From positions 1 to 23,343 of the IMG/VR virus record IMGVR_UViG_2541047945_000008: a stretch of DNA of 23,343 nucleotides. The stretch is one strand, 5' to 3'. The notes beneath the pieces are model-generated. The model saw only the letters and a program-made list of their open reading frames with translations, was not told where the DNA came from and did not search any database. This DNA is from a virus. Taxonomy: Duplodnaviria > Heunggongvirae > Uroviricota > Caudoviricetes. The position numbers and the translations under genes are program-made. Of this stretch, positions 1 through 7,707 are shown one piece after another (positions within the stretch are counted from its first letter, which is position 1; every line of letters begins with the position of its first letter).

Positions 1-1131
1 TCAAATGACCAGTTTTTTCCACTCCTTACCGCGTACATCGTTGTAAATATCGGTCATTTTTTGATTCGAATGGCCTAGCAAAATTTTGGTATCAACCCCC
101 TGCTCTCTGAACAATCGCTCTGATAAAGATCTCTGCTCATGGAAAGAGGGTGGGGTGCCATTAGCACGCCAGTTGTAATCCACAGAATCCCGGGCTTTTT
201 TAAATGCAACGGTTAATGTTGCTGGCTTAACCATCCCGCCGCGCTTAGCTGTCCCTTTCGCGTGATGGTGGTGCAATAGCCACGGACTAAGAACGCAATC
301 GCGGCAGGATGACACTACATCATCCAGGGTGAGATTTAATTTATCGCAACGCAGAGCCAGAGGGATGGCAATCCGGGTTCCTGTTTTTTGCTGTTCGACA
401 TGAAGATAACCATCCCGGATATCCGAAAATTGCATTTTGCAAATATCTGAAAGGCGCTGGCCTGTCATCAGTGCCAGCAGCATACCGCGCTGTAAAAAGT
501 AACCATTCTTTTCCGCTGCGTTATAAATCATCATCCACTCATCAAAAGTCAGTCGCTGTCTTGATATCCGCACCTGCGGTTTTTTTGCCGATTCTGCAGG
601 GTTAAAGCCTGGCGGGACATCGCCCGTTTGCTGAGCTTCCCGGAAAACATCGATCAGTACTTTCCTGAAAATTTGTCCCATTCTGTTATGTCCTCTGGCC
701 TTGTACTCTTCCAGTACTGATACCACATCTTTTACGGTTATGGCATCTAACGGTCTGGTGCCAAAACGTTCATCAAATACCCTGAGAGGGGCCGCTTTCT
801 GTTTCAGCGTGTTGAGTTTGATCTCGCCGTTTTCATATCTTTCCTGTTGAATTTTTCTGTAATTATTCAGAAAAATGGTAACGGTTGATGAACCGCCGGT
901 ATCACTAATAATTTTCTCCTGCAGACTGAGCATTTGTTCCATTTGCTGCCGGGCAAGACGGCTGTTCGCTTCTGCTGCAATAGTTTCTGCCAGTTTCTGG
1001 TCAATACTGCCGAGACCGTGATTTTTGCCTGTTATGGGATGCCTGTAACGCCAGTAAACTTTGTTATTTCTTTTGTCAAAATACGGAGATAATCCCGGAA
1101 CATCGGTTTTATATTTTCGCGGGCGCGCCAT
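1..1131 (-). CDS. int: Phage-type tyrosine integrase (376 aa)
   Basis: Full ORF with stop at the window edge. C-terminal region has the tyrosine-recombinase pattern (LLGHS ... TDIYND). Sits at the prophage end next to an excisionase-like gene. Confidence 0.85.
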   Translation of the reverse strand: MARPRKYKTDVPGLSPYFDKRNNKVYWRYRHPITGKNHGLGSIDQKLAETIAAEANSRLARQQMEQMLSLQEKIISDTGGSSTVTIFLNNYRKIQQERYENGEIKLNTLKQKAAPLRVFDERFGTRPLDAITVKDVVSVLEEYKARGHNRMGQIFRKVLIDVFREAQQTGDVPPGFNPAESAKKPQVRISRQRLTFDEWMMIYNAAEKNGYFLQRGMLLALMTGQRLSDICKMQFSDIRDGYLHVEQQKTGTRIAIPLALRCDKLNLTLDDVVSSCRDCVLSPWLLHHHHAKGTAKRGGMVKPATLTVAFKKARDSVDYNWRANGTPPSFHEQRSLSERLFREQGVDTKILLGHSNQKMTDIYNDVRGKEWKKLVI

Positions 1132-1357
1132 CTTCCAGTATCCTCTTCAAAGCAGGGTGATCTGTGGCGATCACCTCCGGCTTGTTTACCATTCCGACAA
1201 AGCGAGCTTGCGGATCCACTCGCCAGCGTCTTCCAACTTTTTTGGGGAGAGGAAATATCATTCCGGCTTTAGCGTATTTACTTAACGTACTCGGAGTAGG
1301 GACCGGTTCACTGAATTCCTCTTTTGCCCACTCAGTGAGCAGAATAAGTCTTGCCAT
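1109..1357 (-). CDS. Excisionase-like small DNA-binding protein (82 aa)
   Basis: Small basic ORF immediately upstream of int, overlapping its start by 23 nt; this position and size are typical of xis. Confidence 0.55.
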   Translation of the reverse strand: MARLILLTEWAKEEFSEPVPTPSTLSKYAKAGMIFPLPKKVGRRWRVDPQARFVGMVNKPEVIATDHPALKRILEDGAPAKI

Positions 1358-1421
1358 GAGCGTCGTTCGCTAATCATGGTCGCCGCCACTATAGCTGGTG
1401 GGCAACGACCGGGGTTGAACA

Positions 1422-3893
1422 TTAAAAATCAGCCTGATTTGGGATCAGTTTTTGCCAGATAGCTGAAACGTATTTTGCCTGGTAACGGGCGTCATCAAGT
1501 GCATTATGGCGCTCACCTTCGAATGGAATAGCCGTTCTGGCATCGAAGTCTATGGCTTTCCCCAGCTCAACGATTGTGCGTACATCGCGATCGTTGTAGT
1601 AACGCCACGGGCAGGGGATCCCCTGCCGTTCGTATGAACGGCGCAAAATCGTGTTGTCGAAGTTGGCTCCATTTCCCCAAACCTGAACAAAAAATTCACC
1701 GGAGTTTTCGTCGATAAATTCCCGCAATTGTAACAGTGCATCATCTAACGGGATTTCATCGGTCATAATGGCAGATTGCGCTTCGCGTGATTGCTTAAGC
1801 CACCATTTAATGGTGTCCCGATCAATGACTCCGCCAGCAGTTTCCAGATCGATAGTCTTACTAAATTCCGGTCCCATATCTCCGGTTTGCGGATCGAAAA
1901 ATATTGCACCTATTGAGATGATCGGGGCATCAGGATTTTTTCCCATGGTTTCAAGGTCGATCATTAGATGGTCACACGTCCTGCTGGTGGATGTGATTTC
2001 TTGATGACCGTTCACCTTAATTGAGTGATCTGCCGTCTCGCCAGTTTCATTATCGCTATCGTGATGCTGATTGCCGCCAGTGTTCTCCTTGTGTGGATGT
2101 TCAGCGCCTTCCATTTCCTCCGGATCATCTTCCTGAACTTCAGGCTGATACTCTTCATCGAATGTTTCCTGGTATGTTGCGTCGCCCATTACCGCGCCAC
2201 AATCAGGGCAGTTGCCGCCGCCGGTCTGACCGCAGGCGGTGCAGACTTTTTCCACTTCCTGTTGCGCCACTGATTCAGGCTGTTTCGTTTCTGGCTCGTT
2301 TTGTAACGCATTTGGGCTGTTTTGTTCCGCTTTCTGGTCGTTCTGTTCCGTTTCTTGCTGGTTCTGGTTCACAGAATCGCGGGTCTGGTTCCCCTTAACC
2401 CATTTCGGATCATTCGGGTCGCTAATCCCTTCAACAAATTCACCACGTGATACTGCAAGCAGTTCATCGGCGTCAGGCTGGCTGATATTGGCTGCCTGCA
2501 TAATTTTGTTTACTTCGTCAGCGGTAACTTTTACTGACCCTGGTTGTGCGGTCGTGTCAGATGCACCAGTATTTTGTTGTGAACCTGAGTATGTACCGTT
2601 TTTGCGGGCGAAATATTCTTCTTTCGTGATTTCAGTAGCCCCAGCAGACAGCGCCTTATCCAGACCAGAAAGTTTGTTTGCGCGACCGTATTTTTCGCCA
2701 TCCTTGTCGGTGAAGAGGAAGTAGAACGGCCCCTCACGTTCTACAGATGGTTCGACTTCCACTTTGCATTCGGTTTTTTCGTTGTCCGGAATTGCCGTTT
2801 CCACTGCATCAGTTTCTGGTACTGGCGACGAGAGAGTATCAGTTGCGCTCTGATTTGTTCCTTCATCTTCAAACACGCCCTTTGTAGTCAGGTATTCAGT
2901 AATGTATTTGTTCAGTGCCACAGGGTCTTTGTGAATGTCGATCGGACGTTCACGGACAAGGCCAAAAATAGTCTGGCGGTCGTAGCGAAGGGCATCAGGC
3001 TGTTTGCGCATTGATGCCGAGATACGCTTCCAGTCTTCGCGGTCGTTGTCGATAACTTCATTTTTTGCCCAGCGATGGATGCTGCCGTCAATGTTTCCGG
3101 CATCCACATCACCAGGCCAGAGAGCGTAGGCCAGTTCGTCATCCAGTGTTTTCCATGTCTGCTTGTATTCGCGATGAATGGCAGCAATGACCGGGTTGAT
3201 TTTTCCTGTTGAATTTTCAGTGTGCTGTTGATTGGCTCTGGCGCGGGCGAGATCAACAACAGACGTGTATTTTCCGGCTTCCTTGCGTTCACCTTCGCGA
3301 CGTTTTTTCCAGATGCGCATCTCTGCCTGAATTTCGGGCCATTTGGCACCAGGCTTACATTTATGCTTAACCCACCCGATGGCATGCAGCTTAAGCTCCG
3401 GATACATGGCGTTAACTTCTGGCATTTTCATCAACGCTTCAACGATATGTCCGTCGAATGTTGCCATGTCTTCCTGCAACAGTTCCTGCGCGCTAATCAC
3501 CATATCAACGGTGATGTTTTCACATGTGTCGAACTTAACCATGACAGCGTTCTGTACTTCAGGGGCCAGCTTGTCAAAAGTGACGTTCATCGGATCTGAT
3601 TCAGTCTCAACCGGGACAAAGGAAGCAGACGCCTCATCCCAGCGGTTTTCCTGCATATATTCAGCATCCCAGGAATCTAGGGCAGGGCGGGGTATACCGG
3701 GTTTATCCTCGCAGACAAGAAATTTATAAGCGCAGTCCTGAGCAGCCGGATAATGTTCCAGGAATTGCCAGTGAAATTTTGCGCGGGCGCGACGTTCATC
3801 ACCGGCTTCAATGGCAGTGGCTACAGCGACTGCACCTTCTTCCTTTATTGCCTGTTCGTCCGGAATGGCGGCGCAAATAAAGACTTTACTCAT
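1422..3893 (-). CDS. Prophage exonuclease (exodeoxyribonuclease VIII-like), C-terminal DnaQ-type DEDDh 3'-5' exonuclease domain
   Basis: 823-aa ORF. C-terminus carries DEDDh motifs (MIDLETMG; GNGANFDNTIL; HNALDDARYQ). Central Cys cluster CTACGQTGGGNCPDCG and an acidic low-complexity linker. SD GAGGT 8 nt before the ATG at 3893. Confidence 0.75.
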   Translation of the reverse strand: MSKVFICAAIPDEQAIKEEGAVAVATAIEAGDERRARAKFHWQFLEHYPAAQDCAYKFLVCEDKPGIPRPALDSWDAEYMQENRWDEASASFVPVETESDPMNVTFDKLAPEVQNAVMVKFDTCENITVDMVISAQELLQEDMATFDGHIVEALMKMPEVNAMYPELKLHAIGWVKHKCKPGAKWPEIQAEMRIWKKRREGERKEAGKYTSVVDLARARANQQHTENSTGKINPVIAAIHREYKQTWKTLDDELAYALWPGDVDAGNIDGSIHRWAKNEVIDNDREDWKRISASMRKQPDALRYDRQTIFGLVRERPIDIHKDPVALNKYITEYLTTKGVFEDEGTNQSATDTLSSPVPETDAVETAIPDNEKTECKVEVEPSVEREGPFYFLFTDKDGEKYGRANKLSGLDKALSAGATEITKEEYFARKNGTYSGSQQNTGASDTTAQPGSVKVTADEVNKIMQAANISQPDADELLAVSRGEFVEGISDPNDPKWVKGNQTRDSVNQNQQETEQNDQKAEQNSPNALQNEPETKQPESVAQQEVEKVCTACGQTGGGNCPDCGAVMGDATYQETFDEEYQPEVQEDDPEEMEGAEHPHKENTGGNQHHDSDNETGETADHSIKVNGHQEITSTSRTCDHLMIDLETMGKNPDAPIISIGAIFFDPQTGDMGPEFSKTIDLETAGGVIDRDTIKWWLKQSREAQSAIMTDEIPLDDALLQLREFIDENSGEFFVQVWGNGANFDNTILRRSYERQGIPCPWRYYNDRDVRTIVELGKAIDFDARTAIPFEGERHNALDDARYQAKYVSAIWQKLIPNQADF

Positions 3894-3985
3894 TTTGTTT
3901 TACCTCATTACAGATTTAAGGGTGAACAAATCCCTGCCATTGCTGGCATATAAGAATGAAACCGGATATTTATTACGGAACTGTT

Positions 3986-4177
3986 TTAAAGACCTGCCGG
4001 GATTTCGTTATTATCCTGGTGAATAACTTTATCGACCGGGTAACAGTTACCGGGAATTTTCTGTTCGGTTGCTGCAGTCACACACTCCTGCATTGTCCTG
4101 TGAACACTGACTGCAATATCAACTGGCTCTCCGGAAACAAGAAAAACTGTCAGAACAAGTGCAAATGCTGTATTCAT
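3986..4177 (-). CDS. ydfD: YdfD-like small protein with hydrophobic N-terminus (64 aa)
   Basis: Protein MNTAFALVLTVFLVSGEPVD... recalled as YdfD of the Qin dicB operon. SD AAGGA 8 nt upstream; start overlaps the dicB stop. The track ORF was trimmed to this internal ATG. Confidence 0.55.
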   Translation of the reverse strand: MNTAFALVLTVFLVSGEPVDIAVSVHRTMQECVTAATEQKIPGNCYPVDKVIHQDNNEIPAGL

Positions 4178-4362
4178 TGTGCACATCCTTTTTGTATCGG
4201 ACGTAAACGGGCCAGCATTGAAAGAATGCATATTTTATTTAATAACTCCCGTTCGTGTTTTCTCTTGTTAATGGCATCTTCAGTAAATACAGGGTTACTG
4301 ATAGTGACACCAATTTCAAAACAACCTTCAGACGTATTAACGTTTGGTAATAACGTTTCCAT
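4174..4362 (-). CDS. dicB: Cell-division inhibitor DicB (62 aa)
   Basis: METLLPNVNTSEGCFEIGVTISNPVFTEDAINKRK... closely matches my recollection of E. coli DicB (62 aa). SD GAGGA 7 nt upstream. Lies just downstream of DicF. Confidence 0.8.
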   Translation of the reverse strand: METLLPNVNTSEGCFEIGVTISNPVFTEDAINKRKHERELLNKICILSMLARLRPIQKGCAQ

Positions 4363-4540
4363 TATCGCGTCCTCAACAATGAATTTTGTGATGCAGTGCC
4401 TGGTGCCTCCAGGTGACGTTAACCAGTTAACAATTAACGCCGGGTTAGTTGATGCTCGTTACGCCCGTAAAATACCGCCTTACTGCTTTAACTGTTCCGC
4501 GTGCGCATAGCCGCATTCACCGCATCACAAAATTCACTTT

Positions 4541-4598
4541 AAAAAGGGCGGCAGAGCAGTCACGGAGTAAAACTGATACCGCCAAATGTCACCAGAAA
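4541..4598 (-). ncRNA. dicF: DicF small regulatory RNA
   Basis: The reverse complement reads tttctggtgacatttggcggtatcagttttactccgtgactgctctgccgcccttttt, matching my recollection of DicF (the ftsZ-targeting sRNA processed from the dicB operon transcript), ending in a T-run. Confidence 0.7.
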
Positions 4599-4933
4599 AT
4601 TGATAACAGAGGGCGTTGTAGCGGGGTTGTCACTTAAGCGTATGGTCAACCTGACAACCCGGTGCATTTTCTGGAGCAATGGAGGAAACCCCAGCCATAC
4701 TTACCGCCGCGCCATTTCGCGGAGTGCCACAACCGGAAGCGCACGGTCGAACTAAATTTAACGACACCGTACAGAGAGACCAATTTCGCCGTGCGCTTTC
4801 GCGTTATGCCCTGACTTTTCAGGGACATATCCTTTCAGTAAACTGTCAGTGCCGGATGCTCACCCGTGTCCGGCGCACGCACTCCACCTGACCAGTGGAG
4901 AACTCCTTAATTACCAACCCTCAGGAGGGTGAA

Positions 4934-5212
4934 ATGGATAAAAAGCAAATTGAGGCCCTGCAATCTATTATTGAAGAACAAGATGAAGCTATCAGGATTC
5001 TTTCATATCGCACTGATATGATACTAAATATGCTTTCTGCATTAACGGCTGCGCTTGGTGGTACAAAAACAAACGTATACCGCGAAGTTGTTATTCAACA
5101 GATAGATAAATTTGAAAAAACCATACCAGGTATTAATGCTCATCTTGCAGAACAAGAGAAAGACCATGCTCTTATGGCAATTTCTTCAGTAGCTCTCCCG
5201 AAAGTTGAGTAG
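4934..5212 (+). CDS. Hypothetical coiled-coil protein (92 aa), opposite in orientation to the surrounding operon
   Basis: ATG at 4934 with SD AGGAGGG 5-6 nt upstream. AT-rich. The track ORF begins at an upstream GTG; trimmed. No recognisable domain. Confidence 0.5.
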   Translation: MDKKQIEALQSIIEEQDEAIRILSYRTDMILNMLSALTAALGGTKTNVYREVVIQQIDKFEKTIPGINAHLAEQEKDHALMAISSVALPKVE

Positions 5213-5573
5213 TTTTAATTGTTGTTTTGAAATAATCACTGCTTTCACATTTGAGTGATTTCATGGCAATCCAAATGCGGGCCTCTGTGCCTGCATTTGG
5301 TTCCAGTTGCTGTAGACGTTTTGCGTCTTCCAAAAGTAAGGCGATAATGTGTTTCAGCTTCTCATCATTTGCTTGATTCTTGTTTTCAGGCGAATTCTGT
5401 CCGCCGAATAGGCGCTTCTCTTCATACAGACCTATAAAGGCACGACGCACGTTACCGGATATAGTATCGATGGTTTCCTTTTCTACAGTACTCAGGTCAA
5501 GAGTCGCCAGTTGAGAGCGAATCACATTCGCTGCCATTTCCTGGAATGGCATTGGTAAATCTTTAAATTCCAT
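5172..5573 (-). CDS. Hypothetical protein (133 aa) inserted between ydfC and dicF
   Basis: ORF with SD GAGG 8 nt upstream. No family recognised. As far as I recall, not part of the K-12 Qin dicB operon. Confidence 0.55.
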   Translation of the reverse strand: MEFKDLPMPFQEMAANVIRSQLATLDLSTVEKETIDTISGNVRRAFIGLYEEKRLFGGQNSPENKNQANDEKLKHIIALLLEDAKRLQQLEPNAGTEARIWIAMKSLKCESSDYFKTTIKTTQLSGELLKKLP

Positions 5574-5595
5574 TATTAGCCTCGTTGGTTAGCTA

Positions 5596-5814
5596 TTAAC
5601 GTGGGTATGTAACCATTCTGGCAATGCTTAATGCCGCTGCTTTTTCCAGCCTGGTGATATCCTGCTCCAGAGCGGACAGATTTTCAGCCTGCTTAGTCCT
5701 GGCTTCATTGGCCCATTTCAGATCCTGCACTGCATTAATTTTCTGGCGCATCCACTCATAAAGTTCATCATCGGTATAGTCTGGCGCGATGATGACGGGT
5801 TCTCGTTTCTGCAT
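5596..5814 (-). CDS. ydfC: YdfC-like small protein (72 aa)
   Basis: Size and position (third small gene of the ydfABC-dicF-dicB operon); SD GAGGA 6 nt upstream. Confidence 0.55.
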   Translation of the reverse strand: MQKREPVIIAPDYTDDELYEWMRQKINAVQDLKWANEARTKQAENLSALEQDITRLEKAAALSIARMVTYPR

Positions 5815-5843
5815 ACTGATTCCTCGCGGTGCTGTTTCGCTTA

Positions 5844-5972
5844 TCAGCCGTTAGATTTTCCCGAACTGGAAAGCGCCTGTTTAAATTCACTGAAGCTGAG
5901 AGCTTCTTCGCCTTCGGCAAGACCATCGAAGTATTCTTCGTAAGCCTTTTCCATGATTGTGTCGAAATCCAT
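5844..5972 (-). CDS. ydfB: YdfB-like small protein (42 aa)
   Basis: 42-codon ORF (MDFDTIMEKAYEEYFDGLAEGEE...) found by hand, below the track size cutoff. Its ATG sits 1 nt after the upstream gene's TGA (TGAtATG). Confidence 0.5.
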   Translation of the reverse strand: MDFDTIMEKAYEEYFDGLAEGEEALSFSEFKQALSSSGKSNG

Positions 5973-5973
5973 A

Positions 5974-6129
5974 TCACTCACCTGAGTTTCTTTCCAGCCA
6001 GCGACGGGCACCATTTTCGGTTTTAAACGTTTTGCTTTTGGTATACGTCATCGCGGTGAATGTGCCGTCCTGGTTGGGAAACACGCCGTACACCAGAGAT
6101 TCGTTGTTGCCAAGCTCGATAGTATCCAT
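5974..6129 (-). CDS. ydfA: YdfA-like small protein (DUF1391-like, 51 aa)
   Basis: Hand-translated: MDTIELGNNESLVYGVFPNQDGTFTAMTYTKSKTFKTENGARRWLERNSGE. SD GAGGT upstream. First gene after a strong promoter. Confidence 0.55.
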   Translation of the reverse strand: MDTIELGNNESLVYGVFPNQDGTFTAMTYTKSKTFKTENGARRWLERNSGE

Positions 6130-6200
6130 GCTGACCTCATTTCCCCTTAACGCCGGGTGGCGGAACTAAAACCTACAGCGCCGTGCTGTTCTTGATAGAA

Positions 6201-6229
6201 ATATTAGTAACGCGGATATTTTAAGTCAA
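6201..6229 (-). promoter_or_regulatory. Sigma70-like promoter of the ydfA-dicB operon
   Basis: On the minus strand: TTGACT, 17-bp spacer, TAATAT. Located about 70-100 bp upstream of the ydfA-like start; a likely target for the adjacent DicA/RacR-like repressor. Confidence 0.5.
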
Positions 6230-6322
6230 CAGTATGGCGTATGATATTTTTGATTTGGTAACTATGTAAATGTTTTTTCAAGGGAAAAATATTAGTTATA
6301 CAGCTGATTTGCAGAAGTTATG

Positions 6323-6357
6323 GCACAAAAAAACCGACTAAGACGTCGGTTTTTTTG
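6323..6357. terminator. Bidirectional rho-independent terminator
   Basis: Hairpin ccgac-taagac-gtcgg flanked by an A-run on one side and a T-run on the other; immediately downstream of the repressor gene. Confidence 0.5.
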
Positions 6358-6382
6358 TTGTGGATGGGGTAGTGAGCGGTGG

Positions 6383-6844
6383 CTACTGGTTACGTTTCTT
6401 TAGTGCCAGCATGTTCTCGAAGGCTTCCTCGTAGAGCTTGTTTAGTCCACGTAGCTGGTTAAGGAGTTTGGCTTTTTCTGACGCAGGTAGAATCTCGAAG
6501 AGGTTAAGTAACTCTGCCTGTTCTTCATTGACCAGCCTCCATCCTTTGCCTGAAAAGTTATCATCATAAGTATCTGATGATCTTACATAATTCATTAAGT
6601 CTTTAAGGTCTTCTCGAATGTCCTCTGGTTTTACCTTTAACAGAGCCGCAAATTTTAGCGCAGCGTCGGTATTTACCGGTATCTTGCCGTTCAGATACTG
6701 GCTAACGGTGCCTTGAGATTCGAATCCCAACAACTCAGCCGCCAGCTCTTGAGTCAGCTTCAGCTCTTTTTTTCTTGCATTCCATGCGGCTTTTAAATTC
6801 TTGCTCGCTTCTGGAGTTGCAATCACTTCGCGTGTTTTTTTCAT
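6383..6844 (-). CDS. Prophage repressor, DicA/RacR-like HTH-XRE protein (153 aa)
   Basis: N-terminal HTH (LTQELAAELLGFESQGTVSQYLNG). Divergent from a Cro-like gene across an AT-rich approx 100-bp region. Confidence 0.75.
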   Translation of the reverse strand: MKKTREVIATPEASKNLKAAWNARKKELKLTQELAAELLGFESQGTVSQYLNGKIPVNTDAALKFAALLKVKPEDIREDLKDLMNYVRSSDTYDDNFSGKGWRLVNEEQAELLNLFEILPASEKAKLLNQLRGLNKLYEEAFENMLALKKRNQ

Positions 6845-6945
6845 ACATAGAGTTTATTTGTTTTACCAATATTATCAAAGATAGTCTGGCTATTGATCTT
6901 TAAAATTAGCGGGGCTAATATTTGCTCGAGGCATAACGTAGAAGG

Positions 6946-7227
6946 TTGGCTATGAACTTAAGAGACTATTTAAAAGAGAAACATATCACCCAGCTACAGT
7001 TTGGGAAGCTAACGGGTTTATCTCAGGTGCATGTAAGTCGAGTGCTGGGGGGCTATGAAAGATTCAGCCCTGAAAAAGCATTACGTGTTGCTGAAGTAAC
7101 GAATTTCGAGGTTACACCTCATGAACTCCGGCCTGATATTTACCCGAATCCAACCGACGGCTTACCTGTTGGATTCAAGGCTAACACACCAAATGCATCG
7201 GAGTTGATTCATGAAAATCAGGCATGA
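6946..7227 (+). CDS. Cro/YdaS-like HTH regulator (93 aa)
   Basis: HTH (ITQLQFGKLTGLSQVHVSRVLGG), divergent from the repressor; SD AAGG upstream. Confidence 0.7.
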   Translation: MAMNLRDYLKEKHITQLQFGKLTGLSQVHVSRVLGGYERFSPEKALRVAEVTNFEVTPHELRPDIYPNPTDGLPVGFKANTPNASELIHENQA

Positions 7228-7636
7228 GCACATCCGCATGGCGATGAATGCCTGGGCGCATCCGGACGGTGAAAAAGTTCCGGCAGCTGAAATAACCCGG
7301 GCTTATTTTGAGCTTGGTATGACGTTCCCGGAATTATATGACGACAGCCATCCGGAAGCCCTGGCTCGCAATACCCAGAAAATTTTCCGCTGGGTGGAGA
7401 AAGACACTCCTGATGCGGTTAAAAAAATTCAGGCGTTGTTACCAGCGATCGAAAAAGCAATGCCGCCTCTGCTGGTGGCCCGAATGCGCAGCCACAGTTC
7501 AGCTTATTTTCGGGAGCTGGTGGAGACGCGGGAACGACTGGTGAGAGACGCTGATGATTTTGTCGCAGTGGCGATCGCTGGTTTCAACCAGATGAATCGT
7601 GGTGGCCCTGCAGGAAATATTGTGGCTGTGCATTGA
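7211..7636 (+). CDS. YdaT-like protein (141 aa)
   Basis: Overlaps the end of the Cro-like gene. N-terminus MKIRHEHI... and size match my recollection of Rac YdaT. Confidence 0.6.
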   Translation: MKIRHEHIRMAMNAWAHPDGEKVPAAEITRAYFELGMTFPELYDDSHPEALARNTQKIFRWVEKDTPDAVKKIQALLPAIEKAMPPLLVARMRSHSSAYFRELVETRERLVRDADDFVAVAIAGFNQMNRGGPAGNIVAVH

Positions 7637-7707
7637 CTCGCAATATTCATACCGGATCACTTCCGGCAATTTGTGAGTAAAAAGATTCGGTATCAGAAGA
7701 GGTGAGT

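Noticed and set aside
1061-1373. Plus-strand ORFs 1061..1285 and 1164..1373 antisense to int and xis
   Set aside because: They overlap the well-supported integrase and excisionase genes and have no SD or recognisable features.
1768-3729. Multiple plus-strand ORFs of 78-161 aa inside the exonuclease gene (for example 2021..2398, 2239..2724, 3222..3599, 3343..3729)
   Set aside because: They lie antisense within a long, well-supported minus-strand gene, have low-complexity Cys/Ser/Phe-rich translations and no SD; treated as frame artefacts.
4380-4900. Track ORFs 4449..4637 (plus) and 4646..4828 (minus), and the tandem GTTAAC palindromes at 4418..4439
   Set aside because: The translations are basic, Trp/Arg-rich and implausible. 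The region holds DicF and the processed spacer of the dicB operon transcript, and the palindromes are too short to call an operator without more evidence.
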